Of a stretch of DNA of 64,000 nt, positions 49,446 to 57,961 are shown in pieces (the stretch's first letter is position 1; every line of letters starts with the position of its first letter). The position numbers and the translations under genes are program-made. The notes beneath the pieces were generated by a model. It was not told where the DNA came from and did not search any database. It saw only the letters and a program-made list of their open reading frames with translations. This DNA comes from Sulfurimonadaceae bacterium (lineage in GTDB: Bacteria; Campylobacterota; Campylobacteria; Campylobacterales; Sulfurimonadaceae), in assembly GCA_041571435.1 (NCBI GenBank), contig JBFFUI010000003.1, positions 1 through 64,000 on the forward strand, in the 5' to 3' direction.

Positions 49446-51052
49446 TATCTTTTCTCCCTGAATATCAGTGTCCGGAAACGAATGAGCTCGGAGACGCGCA
49501 TACCGACCCATTTGCCGAGCCAGAGATTCAGCACGATCAAAAAGAGCAGCAGTTCCGGGAAGGCGATGATCAGACTCTGCATGAAAAGCGAGCTCATGAC
49601 GGCGTAAGCCGCAATGATCACGATCGCTGAAAAAAACGAAATACGCAGCGCTTTTGTCAACCCCTGTTCCTCCTGAATGATCCCAAAACGCTCCGCCGTG
49701 ATCGCAAGGATCGCGATCGGAAAGAGCGAGATGTGTGCCAAAGAAAGCAGCGATGAGTGCACGGAAAATACCGTCATCAGCAACATAGAGACAACGACGA
49801 CGGTCAGCATAATGGCCATTTTAGGCGAGTGCAGTAGCTGCAGATAATCCAGAAACTTTCGAACCACTGCCGAAACGAGGATAATAAAAAAGAAGCCGGC
49901 AAGTCCCCACCAGATCCCTGTATCACGGGCTGCCGTGGCGATCAGTGCCGGCAGAAAGGTACCGAAGGTCTCAAGTCCGATGACATTTCTGAAGATGACG
50001 ACGACCAGCGCTCCCAGAGGGATCATCAAGATGATCTTTAGCAGGTTTTGCGAGATCCCAATGCTCTCGAAGATCTTGTACATGTTATAGGCATTGAGCG
50101 GCGAGGCGTACATCGCCTCTTTCATCTCTTTGCGCGGTACCAGCTTTTTGGTAATATGAAACATATACTGAAAATTGATGTTGGTCGTATGTCTGAACAG
50201 GCCCTTATCCCCGTAGTAGAGCCGCACATAGTTTTTGGGGATCTCTGCAAAATAGTTGTTGATCGTGTCAAACGGTATCCAGTGGCCGCGAACATAGACT
50301 TCGACCCACTGGTGGGAGGTCTTTTTGCTGCCCTGGTTAAGAATAAGACCGCCTACCAGGCGCGACGGCAGACCAAGCTTGCGCGCCAATGCCACAAATA
50401 GACGGCTCTTGCCGTTACAGCTGGCCTCTTTGAGCTTCAATGCGGTCAAGGCGTCGGTATACCCGGAGAAATTTCGGTTTTGAAACTCGTTTTGCAGGTA
50501 GTTGTGAATGGTATATAGCGCCTCATAGGTATCCGGTTCTTTGTTGCCGAAAAGCTCTGTGATCGTCTGTTCAATAAGGGGGTCATTGACCTGTATCCCC
50601 TCTTCCTGACCCAGGTAGATAGAGAGATAATCCGGCAGCTCTTTTGCGATAGAGATGTTTCTATCGATATCGTAGATGACGTGTTCGGCCTGAACAAAAT
50701 AGTTGTAACGAATAATATGGGTACCCGAGACCGAAGGTGCTTTCCATGAAGCCATGCGATTGAGCCCCTCAACACTGATCTGTGTTGTAAAGATGTCGGG
50801 TGCACTCCGCTCTTCGGAGATGTTTTGATGCGCCGTACTGATCGGAAGGTAGGTGTAGATGGACATGCTGTCACCGTGGCCGCTGACCTGCATGTTAACT
50901 TCCACATCGTACCCGATGGTCGGAATCAGGTCGGCAAGTTCATACTCCAGTACAAACAGTTTATAACCCATCAGAGAAAAGGTTGTCAGCAGGAGAATAA
51001 AAAGTGTCAACCTGTAGATGACACTAGCTGTTTTCATACCGAACATGGGCAA
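49445..51052 (-). CDS. transglutaminase-like domain fused to a 7TM domain
   Basis: ASCNGKSRLFVALAR..G.P.R.V.G, HQWVEVY, WIPFD; C-terminal IPLGALVV..FRNVIGLETFGTF.P.LIA and SLFP..IL..T.ER. Confidence 0.88.
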   Translation of the reverse strand: MPMFGMKTASVIYRLTLFILLLTTFSLMGYKLFVLEYELADLIPTIGYDVEVNMQVSGHGDSMSIYTYLPISTAHQNISEERSAPDIFTTQISVEGLNRMASWKAPSVSGTHIIRYNYFVQAEHVIYDIDRNISIAKELPDYLSIYLGQEEGIQVNDPLIEQTITELFGNKEPDTYEALYTIHNYLQNEFQNRNFSGYTDALTALKLKEASCNGKSRLFVALARKLGLPSRLVGGLILNQGSKKTSHQWVEVYVRGHWIPFDTINNYFAEIPKNYVRLYYGDKGLFRHTTNINFQYMFHITKKLVPRKEMKEAMYASPLNAYNMYKIFESIGISQNLLKIILMIPLGALVVVIFRNVIGLETFGTFLPALIATAARDTGIWWGLAGFFFIILVSAVVRKFLDYLQLLHSPKMAIMLTVVVVSMLLMTVFSVHSSLLSLAHISLFPIAILAITAERFGIIQEEQGLTKALRISFFSAIVIIAAYAVMSSLFMQSLIIAFPELLLFLIVLNLWLGKWVGMRVSELIRFRTLIFREKR

Positions 51053-51108
51053 CCTTCTATTGATAGCGAATTATAACATTTTATAAATATATAACACCGT
51101 ATTAAGCG

Positions 51109-51477
51109 TTAAAAGATCGTTTGCAGCAGGTCGGTATAGACCACAACATAGAGCAAAACCGCCTGAAGCAACGCAATAAACCAGAACATCATCTGAAAGC
51201 TGCGCTTTGTCGTCTTATGCCAAAAAAGCTGCTGTGCGAAGATGGCGGCAGGGGTCGCCCCTGCAAAGGCCAACAGGTGGAGCAGACTTTCCGGTACCCT
51301 CAGCCAACTGCGCTTTGCATAAAACTTGTCAAGCGCATACATGACAAATCCGGCACTGTTGACAGTTGCGATATAGGCCCAGACCGGTTGGAGATGCATG
51401 CGAAACCTAAACAGAAAAAAGAAAAGGGCCAAAAGCATAAAGCTCAGTACGGCATAGCGTATAAAAGCTCTGCTCAC
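51109..51477 (-). CDS. DUF1294 membrane protein
   Basis: F..YALDK..A....RVPE..LHLLA..G..PA....Q..F.HKT.K..F. Confidence 0.88.
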   Translation of the reverse strand: MSRAFIRYAVLSFMLLALFFFLFRFRMHLQPVWAYIATVNSAGFVMYALDKFYAKRSWLRVPESLLHLLAFAGATPAAIFAQQLFWHKTTKRSFQMMFWFIALLQAVLLYVVVYTDLLQTIF

Positions 51478-51479
51478 GC

Positions 51480-51680
51480 CTACCCTTCCAGTTTAAAGCG
51501 GCACTCGCCTATCGTGATCACTTTGCCGTTTTGACCTGCTTCTTTGATGTACTTGAGCGTGCCGGCACCATCGCCCATCTTCATCTCGTCATCGATAAGA
51601 CGGATCGCCTCTTCGTCCGAGACCTTGATCCACACTTTTTCATAAATAAACTGCGTCATTAATTGTTTCTGTTTTTTCAT
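51480..51680 (-). CDS. small hypothetical protein
   Basis: 66-aa ORF, co-oriented and abutting the DUF1294 gene. Confidence 0.6.
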   Translation of the reverse strand: MKKQKQLMTQFIYEKVWIKVSDEEAIRLIDDEMKMGDGAGTLKYIKEAGQNGKVITIGECRFKLEG

Positions 51681-51794
51681 GCGCTAATGATATAATAATT
51701 CCAGTTAACATGCCTGTTATATTTTCAGGAAAAAAGATGCCTGTATCGCTTTTAGCGCTGCGGTATATCGACGCTGCGTGCAGAAAGGTGACCA

Positions 51795-52484
51795 TTGCAA
51801 AAAGAACTGCTTAAAGACCTCAGGATCCTCTATGTTGAAGATGAAGAGGATGTCCGCCGCAGTGCGGTCGAATACTTAAAACGTATCGCCAAAGAGGTAT
51901 ATGAGGCTGGTGACGGCAAAGAGGCCATCCAAGTCTGGCTCCAGGAAAAACCCGACATCATCATCACCGATATCAGCATGCCCCGTCTCAACGGTCTCGA
52001 CATGGCGCGTTACATCCGCTCAAAAGACCGGGATGTGCAGATCATCGTCGCAACGGCCTATACCGACACCGACTACCTCATGCAAGCCGTTGAACTCAAC
52101 CTGGTCAAGTACCTTGTCAAACCCGTTACCAAAGAGAAACTCCAAAATGCTCTCAGCCACTCTGTAGAGAAGATAAAAGATGAAAACAAATTCTCTGTCC
52201 GACTCTCGCCTGAGTGCCAATATAATGCCTACAGCCAACATGTAGAGTGCGGAGACGAGCAGACCAAGCTGACAAAAAACGAGATCCTCTTCATGGATCT
52301 TCTGGCCCACCATGTCAACCGGACCCTCACCTACCAGGAGATCGAAGATGCCATCTGGCCTTATGAGGGGATGAGCCAAGACGCGATCCGCTCCCTGGTC
52401 CGCGGTCTCCGAAAAAAACTTCCCGACGGTGCGATCGACAATGTCTCCGGTGTCGGCTACCGCCTGCAGGTCTACACACTCTAG
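51795..52484 (+). CDS. response regulator (REC + winged helix)
   Basis: LYVEDE, ITDISMP, TAY, YLVKP, LRKKL...IDNVSGVGY; TTG start after AAAGG. Confidence 0.93.
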   Translation: MQKELLKDLRILYVEDEEDVRRSAVEYLKRIAKEVYEAGDGKEAIQVWLQEKPDIIITDISMPRLNGLDMARYIRSKDRDVQIIVATAYTDTDYLMQAVELNLVKYLVKPVTKEKLQNALSHSVEKIKDENKFSVRLSPECQYNAYSQHVECGDEQTKLTKNEILFMDLLAHHVNRTLTYQEIEDAIWPYEGMSQDAIRSLVRGLRKKLPDGAIDNVSGVGYRLQVYTL

Positions 52485-52555
52485 TACGCATCCTTGCACC
52501 CTTTTAAGCAGAATTCATCTAAAATTCTATCTATCCACTCCATAAGGAAGCACCA

Positions 52556-53092
52556 TTGAAAGCCAGAACAACCCTGATTTTTTTAACACTGAGTCTATTT
52601 ACCAACCTTCTCTACGCTGATGCCATTTTAAATATAGATCAGCCGGTAAGAAATCTGAAAGTCAGCAGCGATCAGATGAAAAATGCCATTGTCAGCGCTG
52701 CAGAGGAGCAGAGATGGATCGTCACGTCGGAAGGCGAAGGGCGGATGAGCGCGACCTATCACCGCTCCAACTATATGGCCAAGATCTCTATCAGGTACGC
52801 ACCTACTTTCTACACCATCAACTATGCCGACTCAAAGCGTCTGCGTTACACCGGGACAAGCATTCATCCGACCTACAACAAGCTCATCAAAGCACTGCAG
52901 ATAAACATCATCCGTAACCTGAAGAGCGGTGACTTCACTGAGAAGAGTGATACCGAGACGGATACGACACCGGTTGATGGTGAAGGTGATGTCCGTACAA
53001 AACTGATCGACCTCAAACAACTTTATGAAGACGGATTGATCAGTCAGGACGAGTACGATGCAAAACGCAAGGCTATAATCGACTCATATTAA
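52556..53092 (+). CDS. exported protein with C-terminal SHOCT-like domain
   Basis: Signal peptide; YTINYADS..L.Y....IHPTYNK; KL..LK.LY..GLIS.DEY.AKRK.I. Confidence 0.8.
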   Translation: MKARTTLIFLTLSLFTNLLYADAILNIDQPVRNLKVSSDQMKNAIVSAAEEQRWIVTSEGEGRMSATYHRSNYMAKISIRYAPTFYTINYADSKRLRYTGTSIHPTYNKLIKALQINIIRNLKSGDFTEKSDTETDTTPVDGEGDVRTKLIDLKQLYEDGLISQDEYDAKRKAIIDSY

Positions 53093-53133
53093 AAATTGTG
53101 TAGAATAACCCTAAAATTGTCCAAGGAAACAAC

Positions 53134-53832
53134 ATGAATAAACTTAAAGTTCTCGCACTCTCACTGCTCTTGGCCGCGCCGATGGTCATCAATGCAGCGG
53201 GTATGGGCCTCTATGTGCCTGTCAGTTTTGCCAACAGCAGTTCTGTCACCAAGAACTATGATACAGACTTGATTCCCGACCAGGACGTTGATATTGACTA
53301 TAAACCGTCGGCAGGGTTCGGTATCACCTTTGATTCCAACATCGGTAAAGATGCTCTGTTCAACTACCGCTTGGGTCTGGAGTTGATGCAACAGACGATG
53401 GATACGGTCAACGGCGACCCCTGTACAGGTGAGTGTGAAAACGCAAGGTTCAACATGCTCCACACCTTCGGGTTCGGCGTTCTACGCACTCAGAGAGTCA
53501 GACTCTGGGTCGGGCCGAGGATCAACATTGCGTACGAATGGGATACGGGCGATTATGGCTATTCTCGCGGCGGGGTTGAATTTGGTATTGCACCGGCAGT
53601 CGGTGTGAATGTCAACCTTGAGCGCGTCGTCTCGCTCGCAGCAGATATCGACTACAAGGTAGCGGCGACTGTCGGCGGATGGGACAGCAATATCCCATTT
53701 GACGGCGGCAGTTATTCAGGTTCGACCACAGGTCCTACTGCACGTTTCTACGTTCTCTTCAGATTCGGTGAGCAGTTTCAAAAGCCGGCACCGCAATCTG
53801 CAAACCAAGCTGTGATCGACCAGAGTCTTTAA
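53134..53832 (+). CDS. putative outer-membrane beta-barrel protein, paralog 1
   Basis: Signal peptide; amphipathic strands (FNYRLGLE, HTFGFGV, RLWVGPRINI, RFYVLFRF). Confidence 0.75.
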   Translation: MNKLKVLALSLLLAAPMVINAAGMGLYVPVSFANSSSVTKNYDTDLIPDQDVDIDYKPSAGFGITFDSNIGKDALFNYRLGLELMQQTMDTVNGDPCTGECENARFNMLHTFGFGVLRTQRVRLWVGPRINIAYEWDTGDYGYSRGGVEFGIAPAVGVNVNLERVVSLAADIDYKVAATVGGWDSNIPFDGGSYSGSTTGPTARFYVLFRFGEQFQKPAPQSANQAVIDQSL

Positions 53833-53838
53833 TCTCTT

Positions 53839-53869
53839 AAAGAGCGGCCTTTTCAGACCGCTCTTTTTT
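53839..53869 (+). terminator. rho-independent terminator
   Basis: AAAGAGCGG...CCGCTCTTT followed by a T run. Confidence 0.75.
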
Positions 53870-54000
53870 CCCTTCATATCATACTCATCACATTCCTATT
53901 TTAAACATAACAAATTCAGCATACTATTACTCCTTCTAATATTCTTTCCTGTATTATAGAATGTTAAAAATATCGTTGCGTACACATCCAAGGAGTTAAA

Positions 54001-54699
54001 ATGAACACAATGAAAAAAATGGCGCTCTCACTTCTGTTGACAGTCCCAATGGTCGCGAGTGCAGCCGGTATGGGTGTTTATATCCCGTTCAACATCACTG
54101 AAAACGAAGAGATCGAGTATGATTCGTTGTTTACAGGTACATATGACCATGAATACAAGCCTAGTGCCGGCTTCGGTCTTGCTTTTGACACCAACATCGG
54201 AAAGGACAGTCTCTTCAATTACCGCTTGGGACTGGAATATTCCCACGCAGAGCTGGACAACTTAAATGGGAACACGCTTCCATCTGGTACCGAATATACC
54301 AAAGATAAATACAACATGGTCCATACTTTCGGTTTCGGTGTACTCCGTAAAGAAAAAGTGCGGCTCTGGGTCGGACCACGTATCAATATCCAGCTTGAAA
54401 GCGGTGAGTTCTCAAGTAGCTCAGGCACTATTTGGACGCAAGACAGTGTTGGTTTGGGTCTCGGTCTGGCTGGCGGTGTCAACGTAAACCTGGGCCGTGT
54501 CGTCTCTCTTGCTGCAGATTTAGACTATCATGCTGTTGCAATTTCAGGTACAGAAGACAGTGCCCTGTATTCCGTCAACTATTCTGGTGTTAACAGCGGG
54601 GTTACCGCCCGTTTCTACCTCCTGTTCCGTTTCGGCGAGACGTTCCGAGAACCAGTACCGCAAGCTGCTAACCAAGGCCTTATCGACCCAAGTCTTTAA
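54001..54699 (+). CDS. putative outer-membrane beta-barrel protein, paralog 2
   Basis: Same conserved blocks and length (232 aa) as paralog 1; AAGGAG RBS. Confidence 0.75.
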   Translation: MNTMKKMALSLLLTVPMVASAAGMGVYIPFNITENEEIEYDSLFTGTYDHEYKPSAGFGLAFDTNIGKDSLFNYRLGLEYSHAELDNLNGNTLPSGTEYTKDKYNMVHTFGFGVLRKEKVRLWVGPRINIQLESGEFSSSSGTIWTQDSVGLGLGLAGGVNVNLGRVVSLAADLDYHAVAISGTEDSALYSVNYSGVNSGVTARFYLLFRFGETFREPVPQAANQGLIDPSL

Positions 54700-54707
54700 G
54701 CGCTCAA

Positions 54708-54735
54708 AGCGGCCGCTTTGGGCCGCTCTCTTTTT
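54708..54735 (+). terminator. rho-independent terminator
   Basis: AGCGGCC-GCTTTG-GGCCGCT-CTCTTTTT. Confidence 0.7.
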
Positions 54736-54846
54736 CAAAAAACAGATATCCTTGTCCCCTTTTCACAAGGTCATCGACACACCATTCTTCAGAAACATAT
54801 CAAGTAAAAGCACCTATACTATTGTAACTCACATCCAAGGATACAC

Positions 54847-55344
54847 ATGAAGTTCTTACAAACACTGGTCATTATTGCTGCAATTGTCTTCTTCTCTGCC
54901 TGCGGTGGCAGCCGTGCTCCTAAAGTTGTCCCGGCAACGCCTGTCAACAACTCTGTTCCGGCTGCACAGAGTGAAAAAGAGTTGCACGACAATATTGTAC
55001 TGCTTGCCAAATACAAAAAGTATCAGATCCTTAGTGACGACGCAAAGAACAAGATGCGTATCAAGTATGACCGTATGTATACGGACAAACAGACAAAGGA
55101 GGTCAAACTCCACTCAAGCATCACCTATGATGTGAAGAACACCGCCAATGACTATACCTTCTCTTATGTAGACAGTACAAACCTTGGATACAACGATGTC
55201 AATATCAGCAGTACCTATACGCGTTATATCAACATGTTTGACACTGCTTTAAAACGCATGTATAACGACCCTGTCTATCTCGAACGTATGCGCAACATCG
55301 TGGCTGGTAAAAATCCGGATGGTACTGAAAAGGCACCAAAATAA
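54847..55344 (+). CDS. lipoprotein, distantly related to 52556..53092
   Basis: Lipobox FSA-C; YTFSYVDSTNLGY....ISSTYTRYI aligns by eye with YTINYADSKRLRY....IHPTYNKLI. Confidence 0.75.
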   Translation: MKFLQTLVIIAAIVFFSACGGSRAPKVVPATPVNNSVPAAQSEKELHDNIVLLAKYKKYQILSDDAKNKMRIKYDRMYTDKQTKEVKLHSSITYDVKNTANDYTFSYVDSTNLGYNDVNISSTYTRYINMFDTALKRMYNDPVYLERMRNIVAGKNPDGTEKAPK

Positions 55345-55374
55345 CAGTCTCCGCTAATCGTAAGGAAAAATGCC

Positions 55375-56079
55375 ATGACTAAAAAAATATTTTTTTCCTG
55401 CGGCATTTTCTTTCCGCTCTTCTTGCATGCGGTGGGCATGGGGGTCAGTGTGCCGATCACGTTCTATGAAAAAGAGAAGCTCAGCTACAGTACCTCTGAC
55501 ATCTCCACTACGACATACTACTACGAACCTCACAGCGGGGTAGGTTTTGTGTTCGATAGCAATGTCGGTCAGGACAAGACCTTCAATTACCGTTTCAACT
55601 TTGAGTACTCCATCGCCGACATCGAATCCAGCAGCCGTCTCTACTCCAGCAACTTGCGAAAACACAAGTTTAATTTTGTAAACACCTTCGGTTTTGGTGT
55701 CATACAGGAGAGATATCTGCGTTTTTGGGTCGGGCCGCGTATCAATATCCAATACGAACACACCTCGAGTGACTCCAATATCAGGGCACAGAACAGTTAC
55801 GGCATCGGCCTTGCTGCAGCAGCCGGTCTTAACGTCATCTTGGCAGAGCGCTTATCGTTAGCATTCGATGTCGATTATCACGGGACACTGCTGTTCGGCG
55901 GAGAGAGTTATCGGGATTATGACGGGACTACAACCGGTGATGTCACACACTACAGCGGCTACATCGGTACCAATAGAGACTTTACGGTACGCCTCTACCT
56001 GCTGTTTGTCTTCGGCGAGCAGTATGAGCAGAACGCAGTGACGCCTGAAGAGAACTCTGTCATCGATTACAGCCTGTAA
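55375..56079 (+). CDS. putative outer-membrane beta-barrel protein, paralog 3
   Basis: GMGVSVP, FDSNVG.D..FNYR, NTFGFGV, RFWVGPRINI, RLYLLFVFGE, tail VIDYSL. Confidence 0.75.
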   Translation: MTKKIFFSCGIFFPLFLHAVGMGVSVPITFYEKEKLSYSTSDISTTTYYYEPHSGVGFVFDSNVGQDKTFNYRFNFEYSIADIESSSRLYSSNLRKHKFNFVNTFGFGVIQERYLRFWVGPRINIQYEHTSSDSNIRAQNSYGIGLAAAAGLNVILAERLSLAFDVDYHGTLLFGGESYRDYDGTTTGDVTHYSGYIGTNRDFTVRLYLLFVFGEQYEQNAVTPEENSVIDYSL

Positions 56080-56089
56080 GCCGGAGCGT

Positions 56090-57961
56090 TCACTTCTTCA
56101 ACGTTATTGCGAAACAGGCACCTTCATCGCTGTTATAGACTTTGATCTCTCCGTTTAAGTGTTCTTCTACGATCGTCTTTGACATATAGAGCCCCAAGCC
56201 TGTTCCGCTCTTTTCACCTTTTGTCGAGAAGTACGGTTCAAAGATCTTCTCCTGTATCTCTTCTGTGACACCGCCGCCGTTGTCACAGACGGTAATCGTT
56301 ACCGTCTTACTCTCTTCAGTAACGACGATGCTGATCTTAGGGTGGTCGACTTCACCGCTTAGCAGTACATCTTTGGCATTGGCGATAAGGCTCAGGATGA
56401 CCTGTAGTAGTTCATTGCGGTAGATCATCAACCTTGCATCGCTCTCCAGACTCATCTCCAATGTGATATTGTTTGAGGCAAGCGGCTTTTCGACAAGTGT
56501 GACAACATGTTCGATCACCTCGCTGATCTGTTCGTTACTACGCTCTTTGTCCGGCTTGAAAAAGTTTTTAAAGTCGTCGATGGTGTGCGACATATATTCC
56601 AAAAGCCTTGTCCCCTCTTTGACCTTTTCATCCATATACTCGGGTGTCAACTCTTTGAACTCATAGGCAGAATCAATGTTCATCAAGACATACGACATCT
56701 GGTTGAGCGGTTGGCGCCACTGGTGGGCGATCATGGAGATCATGTCCCCCATAGCTGCCATCTTTGACTGCTGGATCAGCATCTTCTCTTTTTCTCTGTG
56801 GGCGTTGACCTCCTCTTTGACCTGTTCCTGCAGTGAGATGTTCAGTTCACGCAGCGCTGCATCACTACTGTCGAGCTCCTCTTTATAGTTCCGGATGATC
56901 GCAATGATGTGGCGTGAGACAATAACAGTCAAGACACCGACCAGCAGAGCGATAAAAATAGAGACATAGACAATAAAGCGCATCTCCTGATCGATCTCTT
57001 TTTTCATCTTGGTCTGCTGGTCTTGCAGTACCGAGTTGAAAAATTCTTTCTTGAACCCGTAAATGATATGCCAATCGAAAGGTTCGAAATAGTGGACATA
57101 GATATGGGCATTTTCTTTCGGCAACTCTATCCAACCGTTCTCTTTGGCCAGATGTTCGCCCATCTTTTGCAAAAGTGTTGGTGCAAGCGCTGTTTCGTTC
57201 TTATCTGAGATAAGAATCAGTTCACTGCCTTCGAAAATAGCGACATAGCCGGAACGGTCTTTTGGGGAGGTGTCGAGCAGGTGCAGGAGTTCGACCTTTT
57301 TCTCATGCATCGCACGGTCAAGGTGAATACCGCTGCCAAAGAACCATCCGAAATGATCAAAATCCACTACCTTCACCAGCTGCCGGGAATCCCCTTCTCT
57401 AAACCTGGTTTTGATATACCCCTCGCCGTATTTTCTGGCCATCTGTATCTCTTCGAGTATGATCGCCCGTCCGTCGGCATCGGTAAAGCCCGAAATGTTT
57501 TTGTGTTCAGACTCCCCGCTGTCAGAGAGAATACTGTTGCCCTCGTAATCCGTGATCCAGACGTAGTTCTCTTTGCCGTGCCAGGTCATACTGCTAAGCG
57601 CATCGACGATACGCTCTTTGATGGCCTTTTCAGAGAGCCGCCCCCTGTATTTGTCGTAGATGAATGATGCCGACTCATGCGCAAGCTGCAGACGCTCGTC
57701 CAACTCTTTTTTAACGCTCTCGTCCAAGTGTTCATAATTGTAGTTTGCAATGATGTTGATATCCTTGACAAACTCCTCACCCTGACGTTTTTCACCCATA
57801 ATATATTCGTCCAGATACCGTGCGGCGTTCTCTTTGAAATAGTAGTTGAGTTTATCGATATAGAAAGAGGTGATGACCACCGTCAAAATGGCAATAGCGG
57901 TCAGCGGTGTAATACTGATGAGACGCAGGGTCCATCGTTCGCGGAAGGCCTTAAGATTCAT
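56090..57961 (-). CDS. Cache-domain sensor histidine kinase
   Basis: TM, Cache-like region (YVWITD, D.DGR.I..E, GEGY), TM, IAHQWRQPL, DNGGG, FEPYFSTK..GTGLGLY. Confidence 0.93.
   Translation of the reverse strand: MNLKAFRERWTLRLISITPLTAIAILTVVITSFYIDKLNYYFKENAARYLDEYIMGEKRQGEEFVKDINIIANYNYEHLDESVKKELDERLQLAHESASFIYDKYRGRLSEKAIKERIVDALSSMTWHGKENYVWITDYEGNSILSDSGESEHKNISGFTDADGRAIILEEIQMARKYGEGYIKTRFREGDSRQLVKVVDFDHFGWFFGSGIHLDRAMHEKKVELLHLLDTSPKDRSGYVAIFEGSELILISDKNETALAPTLLQKMGEHLAKENGWIELPKENAHIYVHYFEPFDWHIIYGFKKEFFNSVLQDQQTKMKKEIDQEMRFIVYVSIFIALLVGVLTVIVSRHIIAIIRNYKEELDSSDAALRELNISLQEQVKEEVNAHREKEKMLIQQSKMAAMGDMISMIAHQWRQPLNQMSYVLMNIDSAYEFKELTPEYMDEKVKEGTRLLEYMSHTIDDFKNFFKPDKERSNEQISEVIEHVVTLVEKPLASNNITLEMSLESDARLMIYRNELLQVILSLIANAKDVLLSGEVDHPKISIVVTEESKTVTITVCDNGGGVTEEIQEKIFEPYFSTKGEKSGTGLGLYMSKTIVEEHLNGEIKVYNSDEGACFAITLKK

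Noticed and set aside
53134-56079. Diversity-generating retroelement or cassette-switching explanation for OMP variation
   Set aside because: No reverse transcriptase, recombinase or near-identical template repeat; the paralogs differ at synonymous sites throughout.
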